Positions 31,501 through 43,600 of a DNA stretch of 64,000 nt are shown here, piece after piece. This DNA is from a virus. A model generated the notes under the pieces. The model had not been told where the DNA came from, did no database searches, and saw only the letters and a program-made list of their open reading frames with translations. The translations under genes were made by a program, and so were the position numbers. Every line of letters starts with the position of its first letter. Positions within the stretch are counted from its first letter, which is position 1. The stretch is taken from the IMG/VR virus record IMGVR_UViG_3300045988_159113; one strand, 5' to 3'.

Positions 31501-34500
31501 CCAATGAGCAGCGAGTTTCGCAATACCATTGATACTGTCAATTCTATGTGAATTATGTTCATAGTCGCTTTTTCTTTCTCCTGTTGTGACTATTTTCCCA
31601 TTGCCATCCCAAATAGCACCTGTCTCAAATGTATTGAAACTGAAAATCAAGCCTTTCAATCCGTCTGGATTATCAAAATCCACAAAATGTTTTTCTTCTT
31701 TAGATCCTGTACCACTATTGCCTGTTGGTGGTTCTTCTCCAAAGCTATCATCAAACTCATCCCAATTCACATCATCAAAAGATTCTGGTTGAATTCTTTT
31801 TTGGAGTACAAACTCATTGAAAGCATCCTGTAAAAAATCAAGTATTCTGTTATCGTATTCAATAACATCTCCATATTTATTTCCTGCCGTTTTATTTTCA
31901 TCAATACTCATATCTATGACTTCAGAAAATGTGTCAGGTTTAATTATGTTATAAATATGCAAATTACCAAATTTTGTTTTTAATGCTTGAGTTAGTGATG
32001 TAAGTTCTGGGCTAGATTTTACATAAGAATCTGCCATAAATGGAGAACCACCTATCAACAAATCCCATTTCCCGTTTGGCCTTAATATTGCACAAATCTC
32101 TGCATTATGATTGATTCCATGTGGATCAATACCAAATCGAATTCCAAGAGTTCCGTCATCGTTAATCTTTGCAATATACTTTTGCGAACCATCGCTTGCA
32201 ACCCAAGGAATCGGCATGAGTTCTAATTCTTCACCATCATATTCAATTTTGATTTTTGGATCACTCTCAAATGCAGATATGGCTTCGTCGATATTAAGAA
32301 CAAATGAATCTATTCCGCTATTAACGTACCCATTATTGTTTAATATATCAAAAAGCTATTCAAACGATAGTGTGTTGATATCTCCATTTTCATCAATATA
32401 TTGAATAGTGTTTGCGTCTTCGTCAAAATTTAAAATAGTGATTTTTTTATCTGTAGTTGAATAAGACAACCCCTACGTGACACTTGCCTTGAATACATCA
32501 AATGCAGAAGGAATAACCGGTGGAGGAGTTAATTTGATTAAACCTCTAGTGATTCGATCGTTAAACTCATCATAATCCATTGTGTGTTCTGTTGTTGCAT
32601 CTGAGTATTTAATATCTACCTATTTTGTAGCTTTTACTACTACATCAATAAATGTATGCTCCTCTATTGTTCCAGGCGAAGTTTCCATGTAAAATTTAAT
32701 GCCTGGAGTGTATCCTTTTGCTTGCATCTCGCCAAGTCTTAAAGACCTTTCGATTGCCATTTCTGCTGCATTCCACGTAGTTCTTGGAGCATGGCCTCCT
32801 CCAGTTCCACCACTAGGACTTGGTCCAGAACTAGGTGCTGGAGATGGACCTGATCCAGGTACAGAAGTAGTTGGTCCGGTTCCAGGAGTAGGACTTCCTC
32901 CAGGTGCTGGAGATGGACCGCTGCCTGGTGTAGGACCAGAACCAGGAGTAGATCCTTGAGTAGTAGGTGCAGCAATAACTGTTCTTTCTTTGTATTCAAC
33001 ATCATCACTGGCATTTGCCAATGCTGCAGTCAAAATTGTTTCTTTCTTTATTGCGTAGTTTTCAATTGCTTTTTCTGAAAGTTTTTCTAATTGATACGAA
33101 GATTCTTGTTCACAACTCAAATTTATACGACCAGAACCATCGATTGATTGAATATTCGGATATACAGTATTCCCTATGCTGTTCGTAAAATTTAAAATAG
33201 TAGCAATTTCAGAACGAGTTTGTGCAGTATATAAATCTTTCAAGAATGATTTCGTACTTTTACTTTTTTCAGATCCTACGTCATCAATGTTAAAATCAAC
33301 AATGTAATATTTACCTTCAGATCCTTGAGCAGATGTACCAGGATACATTTCTATTTTATCAGCATAATGAGTTGTCAAATATTTGTACATGTCACTATTT
33401 GTGTCATTATAGATGTATCCAACTTTTTCTCCATCTGCTAATTTTGCAAACATTGAATCTATAAATTTATGGTCAGCGCTAGGATTTATTGTTTGAATAA
33501 AATCACCAATCAAACCTTCATCATTAGAATAGTAATATTTTAGTTTTACATCACCACCAGATTTGTTTTCTTGTAATGTTAAAAGCTGTTTCCCATTGAT
33601 GTTCTTCAGATTGTTTCTTGTGCGCATTGAGAGTCCCATCTTGTAACTATGGCAAAAATTTTGACGTTCAATTTCGCTTTCCCATTTATACATTACACCA
33701 TTCAACTCTACATCAAATGCACCATATGACTATGACTGATTTGTGTCACCAGATATAATTACAGCAATACCATGTCTTTCTGCAAATTTTTGTAGAAGAT
33801 CAAGTTCACAACTATTGAATTGTGAAATTTCATCTATTATTATAATTTTTGGAGCATCACTTTTTGTTGATACATTAAATTTGGCGCGAAGTTCATTTTC
33901 ATCATCAAATTCAAGATCTTCACTTTTAACATTAATTGTACCATCTTCGTTTACGCTGTATATTTCATAATCTGGTGCAGCATATTTCATCAGCTATTTT
34001 TTATTCATTACATTAGCTGAATCTACACCACAATCTTCTGCAAGTTTTTGTGATTTTTCTGTAGATTTTACATTGTCTGCATCATTATATCTATCTGCAC
34101 CATGACAAACAATTGCGCCTTCAAGAAGATCAGGACGATATTTCTTGATCATGCTTACAACCATAGCGTCACACGCTGTAGTTTTTCCAGTTCCAGGACC
34201 TCCTTCATTAAGCACAAAGTTTTTGTATCTGAAAAAGCCAAATACATTCATGATGTATTTATCGTTCTCTGGTTTCAGCAAATTTGCATATTCCCTCTTA
34301 AAATTCTTTATTGCTCTTTTATCTGCTTCTGAAAAACTAGCCCATTCTTTCATTATGGCCTTCTTGACCGCAGACTCAAACTTTGTATACATATCACCAT
34401 TGAACACAAACGCAACTTGGTTCAAAATATTTGCCTCTTGTGTTGTTATTGGAGCATATTTTGAATTTATGGATTTTCGTGTATTCAAATACATTTTGTG

Positions 34501-37500
34501 TAGCTTGCTTGACTTTACCGCTGCACATCTCATTAAATATGTAACAAAAGCAATAGGATCAACTTCATTCAAATTTTTTGTCAATGAATAGGTCTTGTTT
34601 TCATAAAGATTCAATTTTCTTGGCTTAATAATTCTTGCCAGTTCATCTTCTGTTAAGCTATTAAATAAATCGTAGAGTTTGTCCTCAATTCGAAGAGACT
34701 ATTTTGTTATATTGATCTATTCTTCTTGACTTGGTACTGACGTGATTCCAGAATCTAGCAATCCCTACAAAAGATTGCTTTTATTCTCTAGAATATCTTT
34801 CAATTCCTTAAAATGAACGTTGTTTTTTATATCATCGTCATCATCGTCCAAAATCTACACAAATGTTTTCACGCCTTTGAAATTCAATCTGTGCAAATTC
34901 ATTGACACTTTATCTTGTTCTTGTAATTTCTGGCCTTCGTTTATATCCATCAGTGTCTTAGCAAACTAAACTTTTGCTATAAGAGCATCAACATCATTCA
35001 GAAAAACATCAGCTATATCTTTATCAATCTCGGCTAAATCTGTCCAATCCTCAGTACCCTATGCATGATTGATATCATTCAATGCTTTACTATATCCATA
35101 TATATTTAAAATGTCAGCATTATCAACTCTTGATCCACTGATAGCAGCACGATACATTTTTAGTAATTCCAAAGCATTATCAAATGCTTCACGCATTGTT
35201 GGATCAAACTAGACATCTCGCAAATTATGCTTTGCATTGTCCATTGCTGTATATGCAGCATTTATTAATTGGAGGATATCAGTGTACTATCCAGTCAAAG
35301 CAATTGAAAATTGTTTCAGACTTTCAGAGATTGGAGAATTCGCCTTTTCTCGTATAGCTATTTCTGCAGCTGCGAGTTTACTCTGTAATGATGTCAATCT
35401 ATCTATTACAATATCTTCGTCTTCAGGTGACAAAAATTCACCTGTTCCTTCTGTTAATTTCTTTAGTTTAGTTTTTACGTTTTCGTTTAAATTTTTTAAA
35501 AATGTCAAAAGTGCAGATTTTACTTCTGGATGCAAAAATTCCTAAGATGTAAACTTTTCAATAATTGAATCAAAATTATCGTAGAGTATGTTTTCTTGTT
35601 TATCCTAATAATCTTTTTGTTTTAGTTCTAGTTTTTCTTGTAAAGCTGGAATAGTTGGATCTGAATCATCTAATTCAGCGATTTGCTATTTGATATTATC
35701 AATTTCATCAGAAAGTGTATTCAAAAGTCCAATTTCATATCCCGATCCCTCTTGCTCTGTCAAAAATTCTTTGAGATAGTTTTGTTGAGAGCCTATTGCA
35801 TTCTGTGCATTTTCCATCCAGATATCTTCGCCAAGTTCTGTTGGCATATTAGACATCATGTACAGTTCATGAATCAGCTAAGTAAGACCTCCAACGGTTG
35901 CGTTGTTAGCCTGTGCTTTATATGCATCAGCCTAAGTTGATAAGATATTGCTTGTTCCGCGCAATACATCAACAAATTGTGTAGCAATGTCATGTATTTT
36001 TTGTTTACCTTCTCCATTTTTCAATTCGTTAAACTTCGCAACAGCATCGCTAATTTCAGACTCAGTTAATTCATTGTATTTTTTATCGTACAATTTTTCT
36101 GCATATAGCGGTAAGATTACAGTTGTCAATTGTCCACTCAATGCGGTATTCATTTCAAATAATGCATCTTGTATGTATTTGGCAGCGTGCTTTCCATTTA
36201 CGAAATCTTGCACTTTCTTTTGTGCTTTTTCATAATCTTCAGTAAGTTTCTTCAGCTGATTTTCCTCAATTATAGTAGTTTCCTCTTTCCTTTCCGCTGC
36301 TTTTTTAGCATCTGTTTCTGGTTCGTGCGAATGTTGAAAATCATTCAATAATTTAGAAGCTTTAACTAAATCCGTGCATGCTGTGTTAAATTGCTACAAG
36401 TACATTCCTGCTGTTGTTGCTTTTCTTAAAGCATAGAAACGTAAATCTTTCAACGCACTCTAATCCAAGAAACTATCGTCATCAATAGCAGCACCTTCGG
36501 CATTAAGAGTGTCAACTATCAAATCAACCTATTTTTTTACTGCATTCTTTATATCGATAGTTTGATTGTGTTTTTTATCGCCTGGTTTATAGATAATGTT
36601 GCCATCTTCATCTGTCGTAGTTTCGAAAGTCAAGCGTTTGTTTCCAATTTGTAAATCATTGAAATCCATTTTGTCAATTGACTTTTTAAACTCAGAAACT
36701 TGTTTCGGATCTCTGCATATACTGACCAATTCCTATATAGCTGTATCATAATCAAGGGATTTCATATATCGCATACCTTGATAGCTGGTGAATGCGTTTG
36801 TAAAACTACCACCAGCCATACCGCCAAAAAATGACATGAGATATCGGTCTTTTGCATTTTCCCAGGCCCCCATCTTATGCTCATCGTCTCCCTGCAACCA
36901 CTTTACTGTATTATAGCAAGATTTTGTAAAGTCAGCAGAAAGTTCCTCAATAACCTCTTCTATACCTTCGCCAAGTCCACCAGCCAATGTCGCTTTTGTC
37001 ATAAGGCCAGGTGTGCCATTGGCATATTCTGCCTTTGCTATCTTTTTACCAATATTGAACAAGCGATATATGTATTGCTTTTTACCCTCATTTGGCAATT
37101 TCTTGATTGAACGCTCAACAAGGTCACCTCCGGTGTCTTTCATATCTTGAGTGATAGCTTTAACTAAAGCCTTGTTTTTGAATTTATCAGCACGTAATTC
37201 AGGCAAGATCCATTCTCCTATTCCTGTATTTAAGATTGCGGCTTCTTGTGCAGCATACCCAATAGCGACCATTGCAGCTTCAAGATCAGTTGCTCCAGCT
37301 TCTTTTGCTTCACCATAAGTATCTAATGTTGTGATACCGTTCATGTAGGCCTTACTAAGTACTTCGCCAACCTTTTGATATCCTTTCAGGAAAGTGTTCA
37401 TGTCTCGCTCTGCATTTATTGCAGCCACAGCCAACAACTCATTTCTCGCTTTATCTGCTGAAAACTGATCAATAAATGTCCGCGATTTAGTGAGATCTTG

Positions 37501-38685
37501 AAAACGCCTCTCTGCAGCTGTTTTATATGCTTTTTCTATTTCTGCTGCTTTCTTCATTTGCCTTGATTCACTAGCGCCACCAATACCTTTGAAAAGAGCT
37601 GGTGCTTTCTCAAACAAGAAACGTTGTTCTTTTAGCTATGCTGCAACATCTCCTATCAGATTGATCCAGTTTTCAAGACACCAAGTGTTTTCCTGTGCAT
37701 ATTCACTTTTTGCCATCTGCCTGTTTAAAGACTTAGACCAACCTTCCATTGCAGATAATGTTGGACTATCGCTTCCAACAAGGATCTTACCAAGTGTTCC
37801 AAATAAGCCAACAGCTTGTGTTGCCACAGATAATCCGGCAACAGCTGGTCCAACATATGGAATGAACATGGTACCAACCAGTGCAGCATTTTTCAATAAA
37901 GTTTTGCCAACACCATTTTCTTCAAGATTATCAGAATCAAAAAAGTCGTATTTGTTCCAATCTGAACCGTCAACTGTTAAGGTATTCAATTTACTCAATA
38001 CACGCCTACCATAGATACTTCTGCCATCAAGATTTTCATAATAGAACGTGCCATTGTCATTGAGTTTCAAATCTCCTTTTTTATGTTCAATTGTTTCTCC
38101 GCTTATAGGATCCTTATGTGTTCCATCTTCGTCCCATTGTGCAAGCACACGAGTATCAAAGAAATCAGTGAAAAAGCTATCATTTGGAGAATCATGGTAA
38201 ATCGGTGCTGCGCCATTCTCAACTTCAACTGGATTTGCAAGTACTTTTTCTGCTTGCGCTATTTCATCAATTGACTTTGTCCTTTTACCAGGTTTACCAA
38301 GTTCGGCTATGCTGCTAGTAATTTGATAAGGATTTGACGCTTTGACAAATTCAGAATCAAAATCATCTCTCCTTTGCTTGTCAGGTGCGAAAAAGTTATC
38401 ACGATGAAATGAAACAAAATTTGAAAAATCCTGTTCTTGTTCCTATGTTGCCATTACATTATACATTGACAACACATTATCATAGAATCCTTTGAATTCT
38501 TTTTCATTAAAATTCCCACTTTCTGTTTTAAAAGCCTACTGTACCAATTCGTTACTTTTGTATTCATCGTAGTCTTTTACAGTGCTATTGTCTGCAGTAA
38601 TTCCAACAGTCTATAAATCACCCATGCTAAGGGTCGGATTTACGAGCACGTTAAGCAGCAAATCATTTTTCTTTTCCTCATTCAT
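28546..38685 (-). CDS. 3379-aa giant protein: N-terminal glycine-zipper/hydrophobic segments, coiled-coil-like region, second SF1 helicase core, Pro/Gly/Ser/Thr linker
   Basis: ATG 38683..38685 lies 3 nt after the upstream TGA (TGAcatATG). It ends at TAA 28546..28548. It has 36 in-frame TAGs and no other stops (hand-scanned). Confidence 0.8.
32776..32970 (-). repeat. low-complexity Pro/Gly/Ser/Thr linker (GC-rich, internally repetitive)
   Basis: Encodes APTTQGSTPGSGPTPGSGPSPAPGGSPTPGTGPTTSVPGSGPSPAPSSGPSPSGGTGGG. An approximately 18-nt unit, aggtgctggagatggacc, occurs twice. Confidence 0.8.
33208..34203 (-). other. second SF1 helicase core
   Basis: Motif I GGPGTGKT (34180..34203), II IIIDEISQ, III IISGDTNQS, V-like GTSAQGSEGKYYIV, VI LYTAQTRSE (ending at 33208). 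The core spans the TAGs at 33994 and 33730. Confidence 0.65.
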
Positions 38686-38688
38686 ATG

Positions 38689-40608
38689 TCAAAGTTTTGA
38701 AGGATCAACATACCTTGCTTTTACATCATCTTTGTGTTTAGTTATCTATTGCTATGTCTCTATTACCTATGAATATGCAGGAGGTAACTTCTCACCTGAT
38801 CCAGATTGGGCAGAGAAATAATCAACTTTGACTGGAACAAATACGGTTCCTTTGTAATAGTGATCATGACCATTCCAATCGTACCAGTTATCTTCATCAA
38901 ATTCAAATCCTCCTTCACCATCTTTCTCCCAGTTATTCGCTTTCTTAATTTGGGCTGTGATATTTTTGATTCTATTGTCATCCTTAATCTCTTCCAGATA
39001 TTGATTTTCATCAAAATCAGCATCACCCATTGCCTTATCATATGCTATAGCATTGATGACTCCAAATCTTCTCCATGCTCCATTTTTTATCAACTGACCA
39101 GTCTTGTCATATGCAACCGGCAATTGATGTTGCTGATATACTTGGTTTATTTCGTCGACATGCTCAGCAATCTATTCTGGACTATTCATCAAGATACCTT
39201 TTTCTCTAAGTTCCTGATCAGCTTTCGTCTTCCTTTGCATAGCATCAAAATCTGGAGCAATCTCTCCTTGCTGTGCTTTCTCTAAATCAATAGGCATATC
39301 TACAGAATGAATAACGCTGTCATTGGTCAACACTTGATTCATTGTTTCAGGATTGAGTTTTTGACCGCCAATTGATGCATTAGTCCAATCAAGTATTCCT
39401 GTATACTGACTTTTTGTAATATCCTATATTGTTGAAATAGCGCCATATGGTGTGCCCTCTTTTGACACAATTGGTAAATCATTACCGAAAGTTTTAATGC
39501 CATCCACGGTTTGGTTTTGAATAACAAACTAGCTTTTGTTTCCGTAGCCAAGCATCCACTATGTTGCCACATTCATATCCTATCCATCTTTTGTTGCAGT
39601 AGCTTTTGCTCCTGGCTTATTTCCTGTTGTATCTTCTACAAGATTGCGATCAATAGTTTGTTTTGAAGATGTCGTCATTCCGACCTTCTGTCCAATGATG
39701 ACATTCTTGATATAATTCAGCGCTTCTTTATCACTTGCCTTTCCGCTTTTAATATGCAGCAACTATTTCGCATTTTCTGGCAATTGGTTATATATATAAC
39801 TGATTGCTTCCTGTGCTTGTCTTGCCTGTGTCTCTGTTAAAGATTTAATCTTATACAAGCCATCAACAGAAACAGACGCAATATCTTCGCCATTGTATGC
39901 CTTTTCAACAAGAGCCTATAAAGCTTGCTGTCTTTGCTATGTCTTTTTTGATATGTACTGACTTGATGATTCTTCATCTTTCCCTAGACTCATCATGTAC
40001 TATTTGATAAGTTTGTCAACTTGCTCTAACCCAATGCCATTGTTGACTATTTCCATTACCGTATTATCATATGCTGAATTTTTATTTTGTGCTCTATAAT
40101 CCAACAGATTAGAATTTGTGTAAAGGCTATATTTGCTTGGGTCCTGCAAATATGTTTCTATCTTTATTGGTTTAGGCTCATTTTTTTCGTTACGAACAAA
40201 CACATATCCTCCTTGTCCTATAGCAACCTCATTTAGGCCCTTGTTCTAGCTCACAGTCTTGTATGCTTTATCATATTCCTGTTTATTAAATTCTGCGCGT
40301 TTAAGGTCATGCATAGCACTAAGATATTGTGTCGATAAATCACCAGTGCTTATTCCGAGATCTTGCAAGTCAAAAAACCTTGACAATCTGGAGTATATCT
40401 GTTCCATATCAGAAGGTAAACCTTTAATATTTCCAAGAAGATTCATCAAGTCCTTATTCGTAAGTTGTCCCTTGTCTTCTTTTGTTTTTGTTGTAGTATC
40501 ATCGGTTTCCACTTGTCTGGATAGTCCCAAATCAACAGTCACTGGCCTATATACTGAGAACGGGGGCATTGATCCCCCGCTCTACATCTAGTTAATTTTA
40601 TATATCAT
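38689..40608 (-). CDS. 639-aa virion-block protein (alternative start at 40569 gives 626 aa)
   Basis: Same frame as the 3379-aa gene but closed by TGA 38689..38691. ATG 40606..40608 forms an ATGA overlap with the upstream gene's stop. It has 13-15 in-frame TAGs and no recognised motif. Confidence 0.65.
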
Positions 40609-43600
40609 TTTATGAATCGTTTAATTGCATTCAATTCATCCTTTGACAATCTATCTATTGATTTTGATAATAATTTGCAACTATCAGCTATTTGCTTTGC
40701 AAGTCTATCATTGTTACTTTTTGATCTTTTCACATCAGTATCATCTATTTTTATGCCTTTCTTTGCTTCTGGTATACCTGTAACAGTATAGCTATCAATC
40801 GATCTCTTCGTGGGTGAACCAGAACGCAAATCCATCATATTGTATAATTTCAAGCCCTTTCTCTTAGCCAATTCATTATATATATCAATCTTGTCTTGCA
40901 GTCCTTTTGTTGCTTCGTACTATTGCAATTGAAGCTTCCTCTTGTAGAATTCCTCAGGTGAAATATTCGGATCAAGCAGCGATTTCTTCAGCTTGTTATA
41001 TTCAGGTCTGCTGTTCATCCATTGCTAGAAATTAAGTGGCATCATTATACTATCATACTTGTTTTGTGCATATTCTTTCTTTTGGCGATCTTGCGCCCAA
41101 AGCGTTCCACGCGTATTTTGAATTGCACCAAGATAATTCTGCGTGCTGTCATTGTCATATGCAATATATGCTGACTTTGCCCTTGTCTTATTGTTTGCAA
41201 GTTCTGCTAATGCAGCACTATTCTATGTCTATGTCTTGAGATTATCCTGATATACATTTTGATTCAGACTGAGCTAATTTTCACCAGTCTTGTACATCCG
41301 ATCATTATATATAGCATTGCCCTGCATATTCATCTTACCAGCTGTACTTGCACCTTCAAGTGCTGCCGCATTGTTTATATTTGCATCAGATGACTTTGCT
41401 TTTCCAGCTTGTGATTGAATCTGTGCGCCTTGCTATCTTTGACTCTCTTGACCGAGGTAATCACCATATGTATATCGGTGCATGTTCATCGGATTCTTTA
41501 ACGAAGTCCTGATGTTCAACATTTCCTGAAGTCTGCGCTTGTTATTCTTTCTGTTAGAAAGATAACGACCAAATCCAAGTGCATCGTATGCAAGCTTATT
41601 CATATTGCCATCAAGATAGGTTCGCACTTTGTTGAGCCAATTACTACCTTCGCCTTCTCCATCTCCACCAGTATTGAATCCACCACCGCGTCCGGTATTT
41701 TCTCCAGTAATCTCTCCAGCTGCAGGTTTTGGTTTCCCTTCATTCATTAATGAATTAGCCTGTTCTTCTGTTAACTTTGCAATATCACCATTGGCTTTTT
41801 TATATACATATGCAGTTTCACCATTTGACAATTTAATAGGATGAATTCTTGACATCTTACCTTCAAGTGTATCCTTGTCCCACTCTGTCTTATATCGGTC
41901 CATTCGACGCATCCAGGTTTGGGTTCCCATTGTGTCATCGATATTGTCCTGATATCCAATGTTCCAGTTTATACCTCTATTATTTGAATTTTGGCTTCTA
42001 TTATAGAACATCTATTTGAACAATCGGTTGTGATCTTGTATATTCTGGCCTTTATCGGTGTTTGCACTGTATGCCGTATCTATAGTTGAGCCATCAGGCT
42101 GCACACCCCAGAAACTCCTGATCTTACCAGCATCTGTGTTGTAATGACTTATGAAATCATCGATATTGTCAGTGTTATATGCTGTTTGATAGTATCGCTG
42201 CAAATCATCGCCTACTATATCTGCTTGTGATGTATATGCGTCATTTTTTGCAGCAGCCTGTCCAAGATCGAAATTTTTATTGTGATCATTTGCATTCAAA
42301 TCAGAATTTGCAAACTGGTTCCTATTTCTAAGATTTGCATTTCCAAGATTCTTCTATTTCCACAGGTCATTATACCATGCCCAATCTTCTGGGTTCTGTA
42401 CAACTTTATCTCCGTCTGCAGCCTTTAAGATGCCACCTTTAGCGTTAGATGATATGGCGGTGGAATCAATATCATCTGAGGTAAAATTTACGTCACGCAA
42501 AGATCTCATGCGTTCAAGAACACCACCATGCTTAAATGGAGGTGCTGTTGTTGTACTGCCTCCAGCGGGTGTTGGTGCAGTAGTAGCTGATGGTGGCGTT
42601 GTTGGTGCAGCAGTTCCTCCAGTTGGAGCTCCGCCTGTTGTTGGCGTGGTAGTAGTACCGCCTCCTGTGGTGGGTGTCACTGCAGGTCTCGGCCTTGGAC
42701 GTGTTGTTCTCGGTGCTTTTACTTTAATCTCTATTGAATCATCGGCATTCATGATTCTATCCATCAAATTGTCAAGATCAACAAATGAACCACGCTTTGC
42801 TTTCCTTATCGCATTAGCAAATTCAGCTTCAATGTCAGCTACTGTTTTACTTGTTCCGTGAACTTCTTGCAAAAGATAATTTTCTATATCGATTTTTACA
42901 TCTCTGCCATTCACATCATGCAAATTTTCTGGAAGCATATCTTTTAATCTGTCAGTCACAACATCAATATCTCCAAGAATCTGATTTTTCTCTGTTTCAG
43001 TTTTGACGGTCAATTTCCCTTTTAGCTTTGTGCTTAATTTATTATTAGCTGCGGCAATCTAACTTTTAGCAGCATTTTCTGCTCTTTGTGCGTTTGCTTT
43101 ATTTATTGCGTCCTTTGTTTGAGCTCTACGTTCAATAAACTGTCTTGTTTTTGTATTGAGTTCATATTCACTCATATCTGGATGTCTTGTTTTCAGATTA
43201 TCTCGTCTTGCTTGTGCGTATGTCTATATTTCTGCAATTTCGTCAGGATCGAAACCATAGCTTGCAACTTTTCTGGCTGTTGCTTTCTCTGCGGCTTCAT
43301 CAGTACGTATAAGTCTTAACTCGTTCTGTATATCTATATCTGTCAATGCAGAACCTGTTCCAGTTTTAGAAAACTCATCATTGTTTTTGTTTATATAATC
43401 ATTGAGTTTCTGCTTTTCAGAATTTGTCAATCCTCCACGTGTAGCCTCTGCTGCTTCTAAACGGTCAAATGCTGATTTGTTAGCATTATATCTATCTCTT
43501 AAAGCTCTAAACTCAGCCTCTGATACGGTAGAGCCAGCCGCTCTTGCTCTAAGCTCTGCATTATTAGACATTTCTGAACCAGCTGATGCCTTCCATGCTT

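Noticed and set aside
32699-33014. ORFs on both strands (32699..32959 + and 32739..33014 -, off-frame) in a GC-rich patch. The same situation occurs at 42430..42861.
   Set aside because: These are artefacts of the Pro/Gly/Ser/Thr-coding low-complexity linkers of the giant genes, which lack stops in several frames.
38689-38691. The in-frame TGA as a second recoded codon (Trp or Sec).
   Set aside because: It is the only internal TGA in about 57 kb of late-arm frames. It is followed 3 nt later by ATG, TGG is used normally for Trp, and TGA ends at least eight other genes here. I treat it as a gene boundary.
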